Under the pieces are notes generated by a model. That model was given only the letters and a program-made list of their open reading frames with translations, made no database searches and had not been told where the DNA came from. From Acidobacteriota bacterium (GTDB taxonomy: Bacteria; Acidobacteriota; UBA6911; RPQK01; JAJDTT01), in NCBI GenBank assembly GCA_965209055.1, contig OZ242374.1, positions 2,176,001-2,240,000 on the forward strand: a stretch of DNA of 64,000 nucleotides, read 5' to 3'. Positions 1-9,114 of this stretch are shown here, piece by piece. How positions within the stretch are numbered: the stretch's first letter is position 1; every line of letters starts with the position of its first letter. A program made the position numbers and the translations under genes.

Positions 1-340
1 CAAACACCTTGGCAAGCCAGGAACTTCGAGCAAAGAGGTGAGGCTTCTCGTCGTATTCCCTGGACTCGATGCAGTCAACGAACTCCGAGCGAGGGAAGGT
101 GACTCTCACCGGGATGGTGGTTTGAACACCACCATCGACAAGCCATTCCAACTCGATGGCGTCTCCTCGTTCCCGAGTTCTTGCCGCGGTCACGAACAAG
201 ACGGATCCAGGTTGCGGTTCATCCACACCACGATTCTCGATGACTTTGTTCAACCACACCTCGTATGCGTTCCTCCACTTCTCATCCATCAAGTAGAGAG
301 CTTGTCCGAGTGGGATGTCCTCGAAACGCAGGTGCCTCAT
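1..340 (-). CDS. Hypothetical protein, 3'-truncated by the window edge (MRHLRFEDIPLGQALYLMDEKWRNAYEVWLNK...)
   Basis: Manual translation of the minus strand from ATG at 340 stays open to position 1. It is absent from the ORF track because no stop lies in the window. Lower GC than the neighbouring genes. Confidence 0.5.
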   Translation of the reverse strand, partial: MRHLRFEDIPLGQALYLMDEKWRNAYEVWLNKVIENRGVDEPQPGSVLFVTAARTRERGDAIELEWLVDGGVQTTIPVRVTFPRSEFVDCIESREYDEKPHLFARSSWLAKVF

Positions 341-457
341 GATCTCATCTTCTTTCGATACGCGATCAACCCAGACGGAACTCGCATGGTCATAATTGTA
401 CGCTTGTGTGAGTTAACGTTTCTATCCGCAAAAAGACGAACCGCTGCGATGAAGAAT

Positions 458-480
458 GGAGGGACGATTCAACAGTCGCC
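458..480 (+). repeat. Degenerate REP-like palindrome
   Basis: GGAGGGACGATTCAACAGTCGCC resembles the GGAGCGGCGA..TCGCC repeats at 37.6, 48.2 and 50.9 kb. Confidence 0.3.
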
Positions 481-535
481 TATTTCGCCAATCTCCCGCG
501 CCATCCCTCAACCGTGTTCCATCTAACGGCCGTGT

Positions 536-2290
536 TTACCTTGGCCTTCCCTTCTCGTTCGTTGTCCCTCCGCCGGCAAGATTCTCCAGCGCCAGGGAGC
601 GGAACTCCCTCATCCGTCTCGCCCACAATTCCTTCAGCCGGCCGACCTTGCCGGGGTGCCCCGAGGCCAGATCGGTGGTCTCGGTGCGGTCGGACTCCAG
701 ATCGTAGAGCTCCCACGGCCCTTCCGGGCCTTCAGAGACAAACTTCCAGCGGCCGGACCGCACCGCCCGGTTTTTCTCGTGGTACCACCAGAGATGGTCG
801 CGAGCGACTGTGCCATCTTCGGCGAGTACGGGAAGGAGGCTCTTTCCCGGAAAGGGAGGAGCCGCAACCGGTCTTCCTGTCCAGTTCCGCCAATCCGAGG
901 GTCCGGTCAGTTCCAGGACGGTGGGGACGAAATCGATCACGTGCCCCACGTTGTGGCGGAGCTCGTTTCGGGATGAGATGCCGCGGGGCCAGTGCACGAT
1001 CATCGGCGTGGCGATGCCGCCCTCGTGGACCCACATCTTGTGGCGCCGGAAGGGGGTGTTGGCGACGGTCGAACCACCCGGGCCCAGGCACAGGAATGTG
1101 CCGGCCGAGCCAGGGTCCGCCTCCGGGTCGTGGCCGTCACTGCGGACGATGAGCTCGCAACTGGCGCCGTTGTCGGAGAGGAAGAGGATCAACGTGTCCT
1201 CGAAGGCGTCCATGCGGCGAAGTTGATCCAGGACCCGCCCGATCTCCCGGTCCATGCTGTGGATCATGGCGGCATGGATGGCCATCTTCGCCGCTTGAAA
1301 CTCGCGCTGCGCGGCGGTCAGCCGGCTCCAGGGAAGCGGCCGGTTCACCTCGCCCGGTCCCAGCGCCTCCAGGGTTCCGGGGAATTCCCGGATCGGGCCC
1401 ACGCCGGGTTCCATTTCGGGCAGCCGGCCGGAGACGATGCCCATCTCGCGGATCCGTCGCCACCGGTCCCGGCGGACTTCATCCCAGTCGCGCCGGTACC
1501 GGTCGCGGTATCGGGAGATGTCCCCGGGCAGGGCGTGGAGCGGGAAATGGGGTGCGGTGAATGCCAGGTAGTGGAAGAAGGGCCGGCCGCCGAATTCGGC
1601 CGCATGTTGCCTGAGGGTCCGGATGGCGTGATCGGCAATGGCGGTGGTGGCGTAATAGCCGCTGCCGGGCTCGATGGGCGGCAGTTTCCCATCGTCCTCC
1701 CAGTGGACCTGCGGATTGAAGAACCGTCCCTGGTCCCGCAGGTAGTAGGACCGATGGAATCCGTTGGCCACGGGCATCCCGTCGATGTGCCACTTGCCCG
1801 AGTGGTAGGAGCGGTACCCGAGCGGCCGGAGCATATCGGGAAGCAGGCGGGCCCAATCCGGACGTTCGCCCCTTCCGCCGGGGACACCGGGCAATTTATC
1901 CCGTCCCACCTGCTGGGCATAGTAACCGGTGAGCAGCGCGGCGCGGGTGGGCCAGCACCTCGCCGTGTTGTAGAACTGGGTGAAGCGGAGGCCGCCTCGG
2001 GCCAATCCGTCCAGGTTCGGCGTCTCGATCTCGCCCCCGTAGCACCCGAGATCGGAAAATCCCAGGTCATCGGCCAGGATGACCATGATGTTGGGACGGT
2101 TGGGCTCTGTCAGGACAAGGAACAGTATCGTGCATAAAGCACAAAATGGCAGAAAAGCACCAAGCACCAGATTCCAAACGGCATTCGGCCGCCCGGGCAC
2201 AAAACGCCGGGGACGTGTCTCGGTGTCACGGGGATTGGATTCAGAGAATTCAGATTTCATCCGGGCGTCGACGTGAGGACTCCTCGGCAT
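536..2290 (-). CDS. Arylsulfatase (formylglycine-dependent sulfatase); true start probably downstream of 2290
   Basis: RPNIMVILADDLG, CWPTR (CxPxR) with ALLTG, GKWH, LSDNG, HEGGIATP and WELYDL sulfatase motifs. Confidence 0.95.
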   Translation of the reverse strand: MPRSPHVDARMKSEFSESNPRDTETRPRRFVPGRPNAVWNLVLGAFLPFCALCTILFLVLTEPNRPNIMVILADDLGFSDLGCYGGEIETPNLDGLARGGLRFTQFYNTARCWPTRAALLTGYYAQQVGRDKLPGVPGGRGERPDWARLLPDMLRPLGYRSYHSGKWHIDGMPVANGFHRSYYLRDQGRFFNPQVHWEDDGKLPPIEPGSGYYATTAIADHAIRTLRQHAAEFGGRPFFHYLAFTAPHFPLHALPGDISRYRDRYRRDWDEVRRDRWRRIREMGIVSGRLPEMEPGVGPIREFPGTLEALGPGEVNRPLPWSRLTAAQREFQAAKMAIHAAMIHSMDREIGRVLDQLRRMDAFEDTLILFLSDNGASCELIVRSDGHDPEADPGSAGTFLCLGPGGSTVANTPFRRHKMWVHEGGIATPMIVHWPRGISSRNELRHNVGHVIDFVPTVLELTGPSDWRNWTGRPVAAPPFPGKSLLPVLAEDGTVARDHLWWYHEKNRAVRSGRWKFVSEGPEGPWELYDLESDRTETTDLASGHPGKVGRLKELWARRMREFRSLALENLAGGGTTNEKGRPR

Positions 2291-2402
2291 TGTCCGATTT
2301 CCTCGTGGATGCTTGAATTTGATCGTACGTTACACTGTCGGTACTGACAACGACTGCGGCACGGGGTTAGTCCGGATCTGCCCCAATCATTCCAGGTCAA
2401 CG

Positions 2403-3974
2403 ATGGTTTCACCTATGGAAAACAGACTCGACCGGCGGCGGCGCTGGACCGGATCCCGCAGAGACTTCCTGAGGATCTCCTCACTCGGGTTCGGGTCGCT
2501 GCCGTTGATTCAACCGGCACGGATTATGGCGTCCGGCGCCCGCCGGTCATCTCCGCAAGTGCGCGAGATCGGGTCGCGGCTCGAGCTGTTCGTGGACGAC
2601 TGGCTGATCGAGACCATGAAGGGGGTGGAGCTGAAGCTGCACCGTCCCGTACCCCGGGAGGTGGTCCTCGAGTTCGATCGTCCCTGGGAGGGCTCCCTGA
2701 GTTACGCCCCGGTCTACATGAAGGAGGGAGACCGCTACCGGCTCTGGTACCGGGGAGGCGGCGTATGGGACGGGATCCGGGCGGATCGGCGCCCGGAGCC
2801 GTGCACCTGCTATGCCGAGAGCCGCGACGGCATCCATTGGGAGAGGCCGGTCCTGGGGATCCACGAAACCCGGGGCATCCGCGGATTCGAGCCCTCCAGA
2901 GACAACAACATCGTGATCCACGGAAGCACCGCCCAGCACGTCTGTGTCTTCAAGGACAGCAACCCGGCGGCGCGCGAGCGCGAACGCTACAAGGCCATCG
3001 GCCTCTCGTCCGGGTTCGACCCGCCGGGAACGCTCCGCGGCCTCGTTTCGCCGGACGGACTTCACTGGACGGTGCTGGACAAGGACCCCATCCTCACTGC
3101 ACCCGGAGACGACCACTGGCCCCATTTTGACTCCCACAACACAGCTTTGTGGGATCCCAATCTCGGGCAGTACGTGGCCTACATGCGGGGAATGGACCCG
3201 CGGTTCGGAGTCTTCGAGACCTACCCGCCCGGAATCCGCTCCATCCGGCGCAGCGTTTCTACCGACTTCAGAACCTGGTCCAAGCCGCAGTTCATCGAGT
3301 TGGGCGATGCTCCCGTCGAGCATCTCTACATGAACGCTTGCGACCTGTACTACCGGGCGCCTCACCTCTACCTCATGTTTCCCAAGCGCTTCTTCCCGAA
3401 ACGCAAGGTCCGCCAAGACTGGACAGCGAGCGGAATTTCCGAAAGCGTGTTCATGACCAGCCGCGACGGCATCCACTGGGACCGGCGTTTCATGGAGGCG
3501 TTCCTGCGCCCCGGGCCCGACCCGGACAACTGGACCGACCGGAACATGTACAAGGGGGTCGGCATCGTGCCCACCGGACCGGCGGAGATGTCCATCTACT
3601 ACGTCGAGCACTACCGGCACCCCTCGGTCCGGCTGCGGAGGGGGACTCTCCGCATTGACGGATTCGTGTCGGTGAACGGAGCCTGGTCCGGCGGGGAGCT
3701 CCTGACGCGGCCCCTTGTTTTCCAGGGCAGGGAGTTGGTCCTGAACTACGCCACTTCGGCGGCGGGCAGTCTGCGGGTGGAGGTTCAGGACGGTCAGGGA
3801 AGGTCCGTAGACGGCTTTGGGCTGGCCGACTGCGGGGAACTCGTGGGGGACGAGATCGAACGGGTCGTCGCCTGGCGGCCTGGACGCGATTTGAGTTCGT
3901 TGTCGGGGACACCCGTCCGGCTGCGGTTCGCCGTGAAAGACGCGGACCTGTATTCCATTCGGTTCCGGACCTGA
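2403..3974 (+). CDS. Tat-exported GH32/43-like five-bladed beta-propeller protein (paralogue 1)
   Basis: SRRDFLR twin-arginine signal, ELFVDD, YAESRDGIHW, FDSHN, SRDGIHW, and C-terminal DGFVS..LNYATSAAGS..DADLYSIRF domain. Confidence 0.8.
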   Translation: MVSPMENRLDRRRRWTGSRRDFLRISSLGFGSLPLIQPARIMASGARRSSPQVREIGSRLELFVDDWLIETMKGVELKLHRPVPREVVLEFDRPWEGSLSYAPVYMKEGDRYRLWYRGGGVWDGIRADRRPEPCTCYAESRDGIHWERPVLGIHETRGIRGFEPSRDNNIVIHGSTAQHVCVFKDSNPAARERERYKAIGLSSGFDPPGTLRGLVSPDGLHWTVLDKDPILTAPGDDHWPHFDSHNTALWDPNLGQYVAYMRGMDPRFGVFETYPPGIRSIRRSVSTDFRTWSKPQFIELGDAPVEHLYMNACDLYYRAPHLYLMFPKRFFPKRKVRQDWTASGISESVFMTSRDGIHWDRRFMEAFLRPGPDPDNWTDRNMYKGVGIVPTGPAEMSIYYVEHYRHPSVRLRRGTLRIDGFVSVNGAWSGGELLTRPLVFQGRELVLNYATSAAGSLRVEVQDGQGRSVDGFGLADCGELVGDEIERVVAWRPGRDLSSLSGTPVRLRFAVKDADLYSIRFRT

Positions 3975-3999
3975 CGCCGGCACGGGCTGGGAGGGAAAG

Positions 4000-5739
4000 A
4001 TGAGACTGCATCGCTGGTTGACGCTCCTTTTCGGTGTCATGTTCGCAACCGTCGCCTGCTCTCCCCAGGGAGGAGGAGAAGGCGGCGGCGCCGAAGGGAC
4101 GGTCTTCCCCAAGGACCGGAAGCGGCGGATCCTCTACTACGACGCCGCCTCGCAGGAAACCTGGGGTTACATCGACCAGGGTCGCAAGATCCCCTACACC
4201 AAGCTGATCGCCGACATCACCGACCATCAGGCCTTCCTCGACGCCCGCACCAACATGACCTTCGGCACCCAGGTGGACACCTACGTCTTCCACGTCGGCA
4301 ACGGCGCGGACCCTCCCTACAACACCTCGACGGAGATGCTCTGGCCCTGTTTCAGTTCCTACGAGGAGGTGCGGGACCTGGTCATCGAAGCCTGCCACGC
4401 CCGCGGAATGGAGGTGTGGGCCTCCCTGAGGATGAACGATCTGCACGCATCCTGGCGGTCCGTCTCCCTCCATGATCTGGACGATCCCTTCAAGATCGAG
4501 CATCCGGAATTCCTGCTGGCCCCTGAAAGCAGTCGGCACCTGGCCTCCGAACTGACCGAACACATGCTGTGGTCCGGGTTCAACTTCGTCCATCCGGAGG
4601 TCCGGAAACACCGGCTGGACTTCATCGAGCGGACCGCCGCGGCCCATGATTTCGACGGCTACGAGCTGGACTTCAACCGCATGGGCATCAGTTTCCCGCT
4701 GGGACAGGAGCGGCAAAACGCGCACCTGTTGACCGAAATGATGCGCGAGGCGCGGCAGCGGCTGGATGCCGTGGGGGAGCGGCGGGGACGTCCCTACACC
4801 CTGGCCGTCCATGTCGTGGACTCCCTGGAACGGTCGCAGGAGCTGGGCATGGAGGTCGATGTGTGGGTCCGGGAGGGGCTGGTGGACGTGCTGCTTGTGG
4901 GCATGGGCCACCTCCCCAGCCGGCTGCGGCTGGACCAGTTCCTGAGTCTGGGGCGGGCCCACGGGGTTCCCGTCTACGCCACCCTCAACGGCAACTCCTA
5001 TCGGGCCGGGGCCTGGGACGGGCTCTACGGGCGGCCGGTGTTTCGGGAAGGCATGCGGGCCAGCGCCGCCTTTTACCACCAGGAGGGTGCGGACGGCGTC
5101 TACCTGTTCAACTACGTCAACGAGCCGACCCAGGAACTGACCCGGGAGGAGTTCGTCTCGGCCCTCAGCGAACTGGGGGAGGCCGGGACTCTGGCGGGCA
5201 AGAACAAGGTCTACGGCATCCACTCCACGGCCCACACCGGAGGACCCATCATCCAGGGGTCCGAGTCGGCCCTCCTGCCCGTGGTCCTGGATCGGGTGGA
5301 GACCAAGCTGCCGCTGCTGATGGGACCGGACGGCGACGATGAGAACGCCCGTTTCCGCATCAGCCTCTGGACGGCCGACAGTCGAGAGGACACCCGCATC
5401 TGGGTCCGGCTGAACCACACCCTGCTTGCCGCGCCGACCCGGGAGGAGCCCTGGTATCACCTGGACGTTCCCGCCGGGATCATGCGCAGCGGCAACAACG
5501 AGTTGGGCATCATTTCGGACGTTCCGGCGGGAGGACCGTTCCCCGGGATCGTGGCTCCACCCGGCGTCAAGCGAAAGGACTGGCTGGGTTGGAAACGGAA
5601 CGAGGGGACCCTGGTGGACGAGTTCGCGGAGGGTCGATTGGTTCGGGACCCGGATACGGAAGGTAGAGACGGACCCGACAAGAGGCGTCCGGTGATCGTG
5701 CACCAGATCTTCGTGACCGTGGAGTATCCGAATCGATAG
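4000..5739 (+). CDS. GHL10-like (family 10 glycosyl hydrolase-like) TIM-barrel lipoprotein
   Basis: Lipobox VACS; ACHARGMEVWASLRMNDLH, FDGYELDFNR and GADGVYLFNY motifs. Confidence 0.7.
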   Translation: MRLHRWLTLLFGVMFATVACSPQGGGEGGGAEGTVFPKDRKRRILYYDAASQETWGYIDQGRKIPYTKLIADITDHQAFLDARTNMTFGTQVDTYVFHVGNGADPPYNTSTEMLWPCFSSYEEVRDLVIEACHARGMEVWASLRMNDLHASWRSVSLHDLDDPFKIEHPEFLLAPESSRHLASELTEHMLWSGFNFVHPEVRKHRLDFIERTAAAHDFDGYELDFNRMGISFPLGQERQNAHLLTEMMREARQRLDAVGERRGRPYTLAVHVVDSLERSQELGMEVDVWVREGLVDVLLVGMGHLPSRLRLDQFLSLGRAHGVPVYATLNGNSYRAGAWDGLYGRPVFREGMRASAAFYHQEGADGVYLFNYVNEPTQELTREEFVSALSELGEAGTLAGKNKVYGIHSTAHTGGPIIQGSESALLPVVLDRVETKLPLLMGPDGDDENARFRISLWTADSREDTRIWVRLNHTLLAAPTREEPWYHLDVPAGIMRSGNNELGIISDVPAGGPFPGIVAPPGVKRKDWLGWKRNEGTLVDEFAEGRLVRDPDTEGRDGPDKRRPVIVHQIFVTVEYPNR

Positions 5740-5748
5740 GGGGGAATC

Positions 5749-7374
5749 ATGCGCGCCCTCGGACGAATTCCGCTGTTTGGGCTGGGAATCTTGTTGTGCC
5801 TCGTCTCCACCGCCGGATCGGCCCGGGGTCAGGCCGAGACCCGGATCAAGGAACCGCCGGGCCGCTTCGACGGGACGGGGCACATCGTCACCGGCGACAA
5901 GCTCTCCGCTTCCAAGTACGTGAAGGGGACCTCCATCGAGGGCTCTTGGGCGGTGTTGCCGACGCCGCCTCTCGAGATCGGGAACCGGCGCCAGTTGCTC
6001 ATGGACGGCTACGTCGTCGAGGACCTGGCCGGCTGCCGGAGGGTGGTCCATCGGCCCCGGCGGCACCCGGAGAACCCCCTCATCACCGGCGGCGCCTCAC
6101 CGGACCACAGGCAGACCCACGTGGTGAGCACTCCCAGTGTCGTTTACGACCGGGAGCGGGGCCTCTACCGCATGTGGGCCAACGGCTACCGGATGTATCG
6201 CACCGCAGGCCAACACTTCGGACTCTATTTCGAGTCGCGGGACGGATTGACCTGGACGGCGCCCGACCTGAAGCTGCCCCGGATCGAGGGCCTTTCGGCT
6301 CCCAACATCTTCTTCACCCAGCCGGGACGGAGCGCCTCCATCGCGGTCACCGAGTTGCCCGCCGAATGGCGCCGCAAGGGGCGCTATCTGCTGGCCTACC
6401 ACAGCGGAGAACTGGGCCGGAACCCCGCCACCCTGCAGATGCCCGGAGGAGGAATGGAGGTCCGGATCGCCCTGAGCGAAGACGGCATCCACTTCCGGGA
6501 CCAGGAGGAGAACCCCATCTTCCGGGGCCAGAGCGACTGTGAGAACCAGATTCTCTACAACCCGGAGCGGAAGGTCTTCATGCTCTACCGGAGGCCGCCC
6601 ATCAATGCCAGCCGAATCCGGAAGATCGCCTATTCGGAAAGCTCCGATCTCGTCAACTGGACCCAACCCGCCGTGATCCTCAGGCCCGACGAACTGGACC
6701 CCTCCTCGTTCTATGGAATGACGGTGGCGCGCTACGAAGGGCTCTACCTGGGATTTCTGGAGAATTTCTACTACAAGCAGCCGTTCGACGTGGAATCCAA
6801 GCCGGCCAAGCACATGCAGATCGACATCCAGTTGGCCTGGAGCCGGAACGGCATCCACTGGGAGCGCCATCCGTCCCGTCCTCTCTTCCTGGAGACGGGA
6901 CCCGCCGGCACCTACGACTGGGGCATGGTCTTTCCGCCGGTGGGCCTGATTCAGCGGGAGGACCGGATCGACTTCTACTACGTGGGGCGCGAGCAGCTCC
7001 ATGTCCGCATGCCGGGCAACTCGCACATCTGCCTGGCCACCCTGCGCAGGGACGGCTTCGTCTCCATCGAGGCGCCCCAGGAGGGGTTTCTCCTGACCCG
7101 GCCCCTCAAGCACCCGGGCGGACGGTTGCACATCAACGCGAAAACTTCCGCCGCCGGCTCCATCCGGGTGGCCGTCCGGAATGGAGACGGCGAACTGGAC
7201 GGGCAATGGCTGCCGGAGTGGGACTACGACCGGTCCCGCACCTTCACCGGCGATTCCACCGACCACGTCATGGTCTGGAATGAAATGGAGGACCTGGAAT
7301 CACTCAATGCAAAGAGTATCCGCCTCCAATTCTGGCTGCGAGAAGCTCATCTCTTCTCGTTCTGGTTCGAGTAG
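5749..7374 (+). CDS. Secreted GH32/43-like beta-propeller protein (paralogue 2)
   Basis: Signal peptide, QLLMDG, FESRDGLTW, SRNGIHW, LRRDGFVS..LTRPL..LFSFWF. Confidence 0.8.
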   Translation: MRALGRIPLFGLGILLCLVSTAGSARGQAETRIKEPPGRFDGTGHIVTGDKLSASKYVKGTSIEGSWAVLPTPPLEIGNRRQLLMDGYVVEDLAGCRRVVHRPRRHPENPLITGGASPDHRQTHVVSTPSVVYDRERGLYRMWANGYRMYRTAGQHFGLYFESRDGLTWTAPDLKLPRIEGLSAPNIFFTQPGRSASIAVTELPAEWRRKGRYLLAYHSGELGRNPATLQMPGGGMEVRIALSEDGIHFRDQEENPIFRGQSDCENQILYNPERKVFMLYRRPPINASRIRKIAYSESSDLVNWTQPAVILRPDELDPSSFYGMTVARYEGLYLGFLENFYYKQPFDVESKPAKHMQIDIQLAWSRNGIHWERHPSRPLFLETGPAGTYDWGMVFPPVGLIQREDRIDFYYVGREQLHVRMPGNSHICLATLRRDGFVSIEAPQEGFLLTRPLKHPGGRLHINAKTSAAGSIRVAVRNGDGELDGQWLPEWDYDRSRTFTGDSTDHVMVWNEMEDLESLNAKSIRLQFWLREAHLFSFWFE

Positions 7375-7389
7375 GAGGGGAAACCCCAA

Positions 7390-9114
7390 ATGAAGAGAGT
7401 GAACCTGAACCGACGCCGTTTCCTCAGCCGGACGCTGGGCGCCGGCGCCCTCGCCTCTGTCTCCCCGGGTCTTCACGGAGCCGCGTTGTCCGCACCGTCC
7501 CCCGGCCGGCGCAGCCGAATGCGCTCCCTTGACGCCGTTGCCGACCGGCAAGTCACGGTCTGGCGGCCCCAGGGGCGCTTCACCAAGAACCCCGACCTGA
7601 TCCGGTTTCCCGGCGGGAAGCTGATGCTGGTCTACAACGACTGCGACGCCCACTGGCCGCAGGAGACGACCCGGCTCACGATCCTCGAAAGCCATGACAA
7701 TGGAAAGACCTGGGGGACTCCCCGGGTCGTCTCGGAGGCGGACCCTCGAAAGGGCGAGGAGCGCTGGGTGACCCCGCGGATCAGCCGACTCAGCGACGGG
7801 CGGCTGGTCATCATCTGCGACCAGAACGACTTCAGCCACATCCACGAGGACCAGCCCCCCGGGATCTGGAGCTGGTTCAGTTCGGACGAGGGGCGGACTT
7901 GGAGCGTGCCCCGGCTGACAGGGGTTCCCGGTTTCGAGCCGGACCGGATCGTGGAGCTGCCGGACGGAACCCTGCTCATGGCCTCCCAGATCTTCTTCAA
8001 GGCCACGCGCAAGATCGGCGTCCTGGTCATGCGCTCCACCGACGGCGGGATGACCTGGAAAGACCGGAGCATCGTCGCGGCCGACACGGTCCACCATCAT
8101 TCGGAAGCCGCCATCGTGGTCCTTTCCGACGGCTCCCTCGCCTGTGTGCTGAGGGAGAGCAACCATCACGGCTATCCCTCGTACCTCTGCTTCTCCAACG
8201 ACGGGGGCCGGAACTGGAGCCGGCCCGAACCCATGCCCTTCGCGGGAGACCGTCCCTACGCCAAGCAACTTCCCGACGGACGGGTCCTGGTCACCTACCG
8301 GAACCGGTCGGGGAACCGGGGCACCCACGCCTGGATCGGAGATCTGCGCCGCAATCCCGGATTCCAGCCGGGCGGAGTCCACTACCACGACCGGGTCAAG
8401 CTCGAATCGGGGGAACTGCGCGTCGATGACGTTCCCGGCGGCGTGACCCAGTACATTCTTCTTCCTCCCGAGAACTTCCGGAGCGACCTGTTTCTGGAAG
8501 CGGTGCTTCGAGTTGAGGGCCCACCCGATCAGCCCGTCGCCTCCTTGGAGATCGGCCGTCTGGAACGGAGGCTGGACGTCTGCAGCAACGGCCTCCGGCT
8601 CTATGCGCCCAAGCGGGACCTGGGACCCGACCGGGCCAGCGGCGGCCGCATCGACCTGAAGCACGAACTGGACATGACGAAGCCGAGAAACGTCCGGCTC
8701 AACGCCTGGAAGGGACTGTTCACCGTCCAGGTCGACGGCAAGGTGGTCATGAGCCGGGCTCTCTACAACGACTTTCCGCTGCTGGAGACGTGGTTCGGGC
8801 GGGCGGAGAACGGCAAAGGCACGAGCTGGTGGAGCCGCGCCGCCTACCAGGTCAGCAACGACACCGAGCCGCATCACCAGTGGGAGTGGCGGGCCGACAG
8901 CGGCGAGCATCCCGACCAGTACCAGTTGGACCACATGCTGGAGCTCCACGCCAATACGCCTTCCGCCACCCACCGGCCCGACAACGGTTACTCCTCCTGG
9001 GTGGAGCTGGAGGACGGACGGATTTTCATGGTGGACTACAGCAACCGGGGCGACCCCCGGACCAAGGCCCATCTCTACGGGGTCTATTTCTCACCCGGGG
9101 ACTTCCTCACATGA
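7390..9114 (+). CDS. Tat-exported BNR/Asp-box sialidase-family protein
   Basis: NRRRFL Tat motif; Asp boxes SHDNGKTW, SSDEGRTW, STDGGMTW, SNDGGRNW; C-terminal DNGYSSWVEL. Confidence 0.85.
   Translation: MKRVNLNRRRFLSRTLGAGALASVSPGLHGAALSAPSPGRRSRMRSLDAVADRQVTVWRPQGRFTKNPDLIRFPGGKLMLVYNDCDAHWPQETTRLTILESHDNGKTWGTPRVVSEADPRKGEERWVTPRISRLSDGRLVIICDQNDFSHIHEDQPPGIWSWFSSDEGRTWSVPRLTGVPGFEPDRIVELPDGTLLMASQIFFKATRKIGVLVMRSTDGGMTWKDRSIVAADTVHHHSEAAIVVLSDGSLACVLRESNHHGYPSYLCFSNDGGRNWSRPEPMPFAGDRPYAKQLPDGRVLVTYRNRSGNRGTHAWIGDLRRNPGFQPGGVHYHDRVKLESGELRVDDVPGGVTQYILLPPENFRSDLFLEAVLRVEGPPDQPVASLEIGRLERRLDVCSNGLRLYAPKRDLGPDRASGGRIDLKHELDMTKPRNVRLNAWKGLFTVQVDGKVVMSRALYNDFPLLETWFGRAENGKGTSWWSRAAYQVSNDTEPHHQWEWRADSGEHPDQYQLDHMLELHANTPSATHRPDNGYSSWVELEDGRIFMVDYSNRGDPRTKAHLYGVYFSPGDFLT

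Noticed and set aside
38-526. 162-aa plus-strand ORF
   Set aside because: It is antisense to a more protein-like minus-strand ORF (340 to 1) and has no recognisable motif.
8790-9110. N-terminal extensions in the ORF track (8790, 22591, 32972, 47618, 50747, 54120, 60480, 60736)
   Set aside because: They overlap neighbouring genes or precede better starts that have an RBS, a signal peptide or a stop-start overlap.
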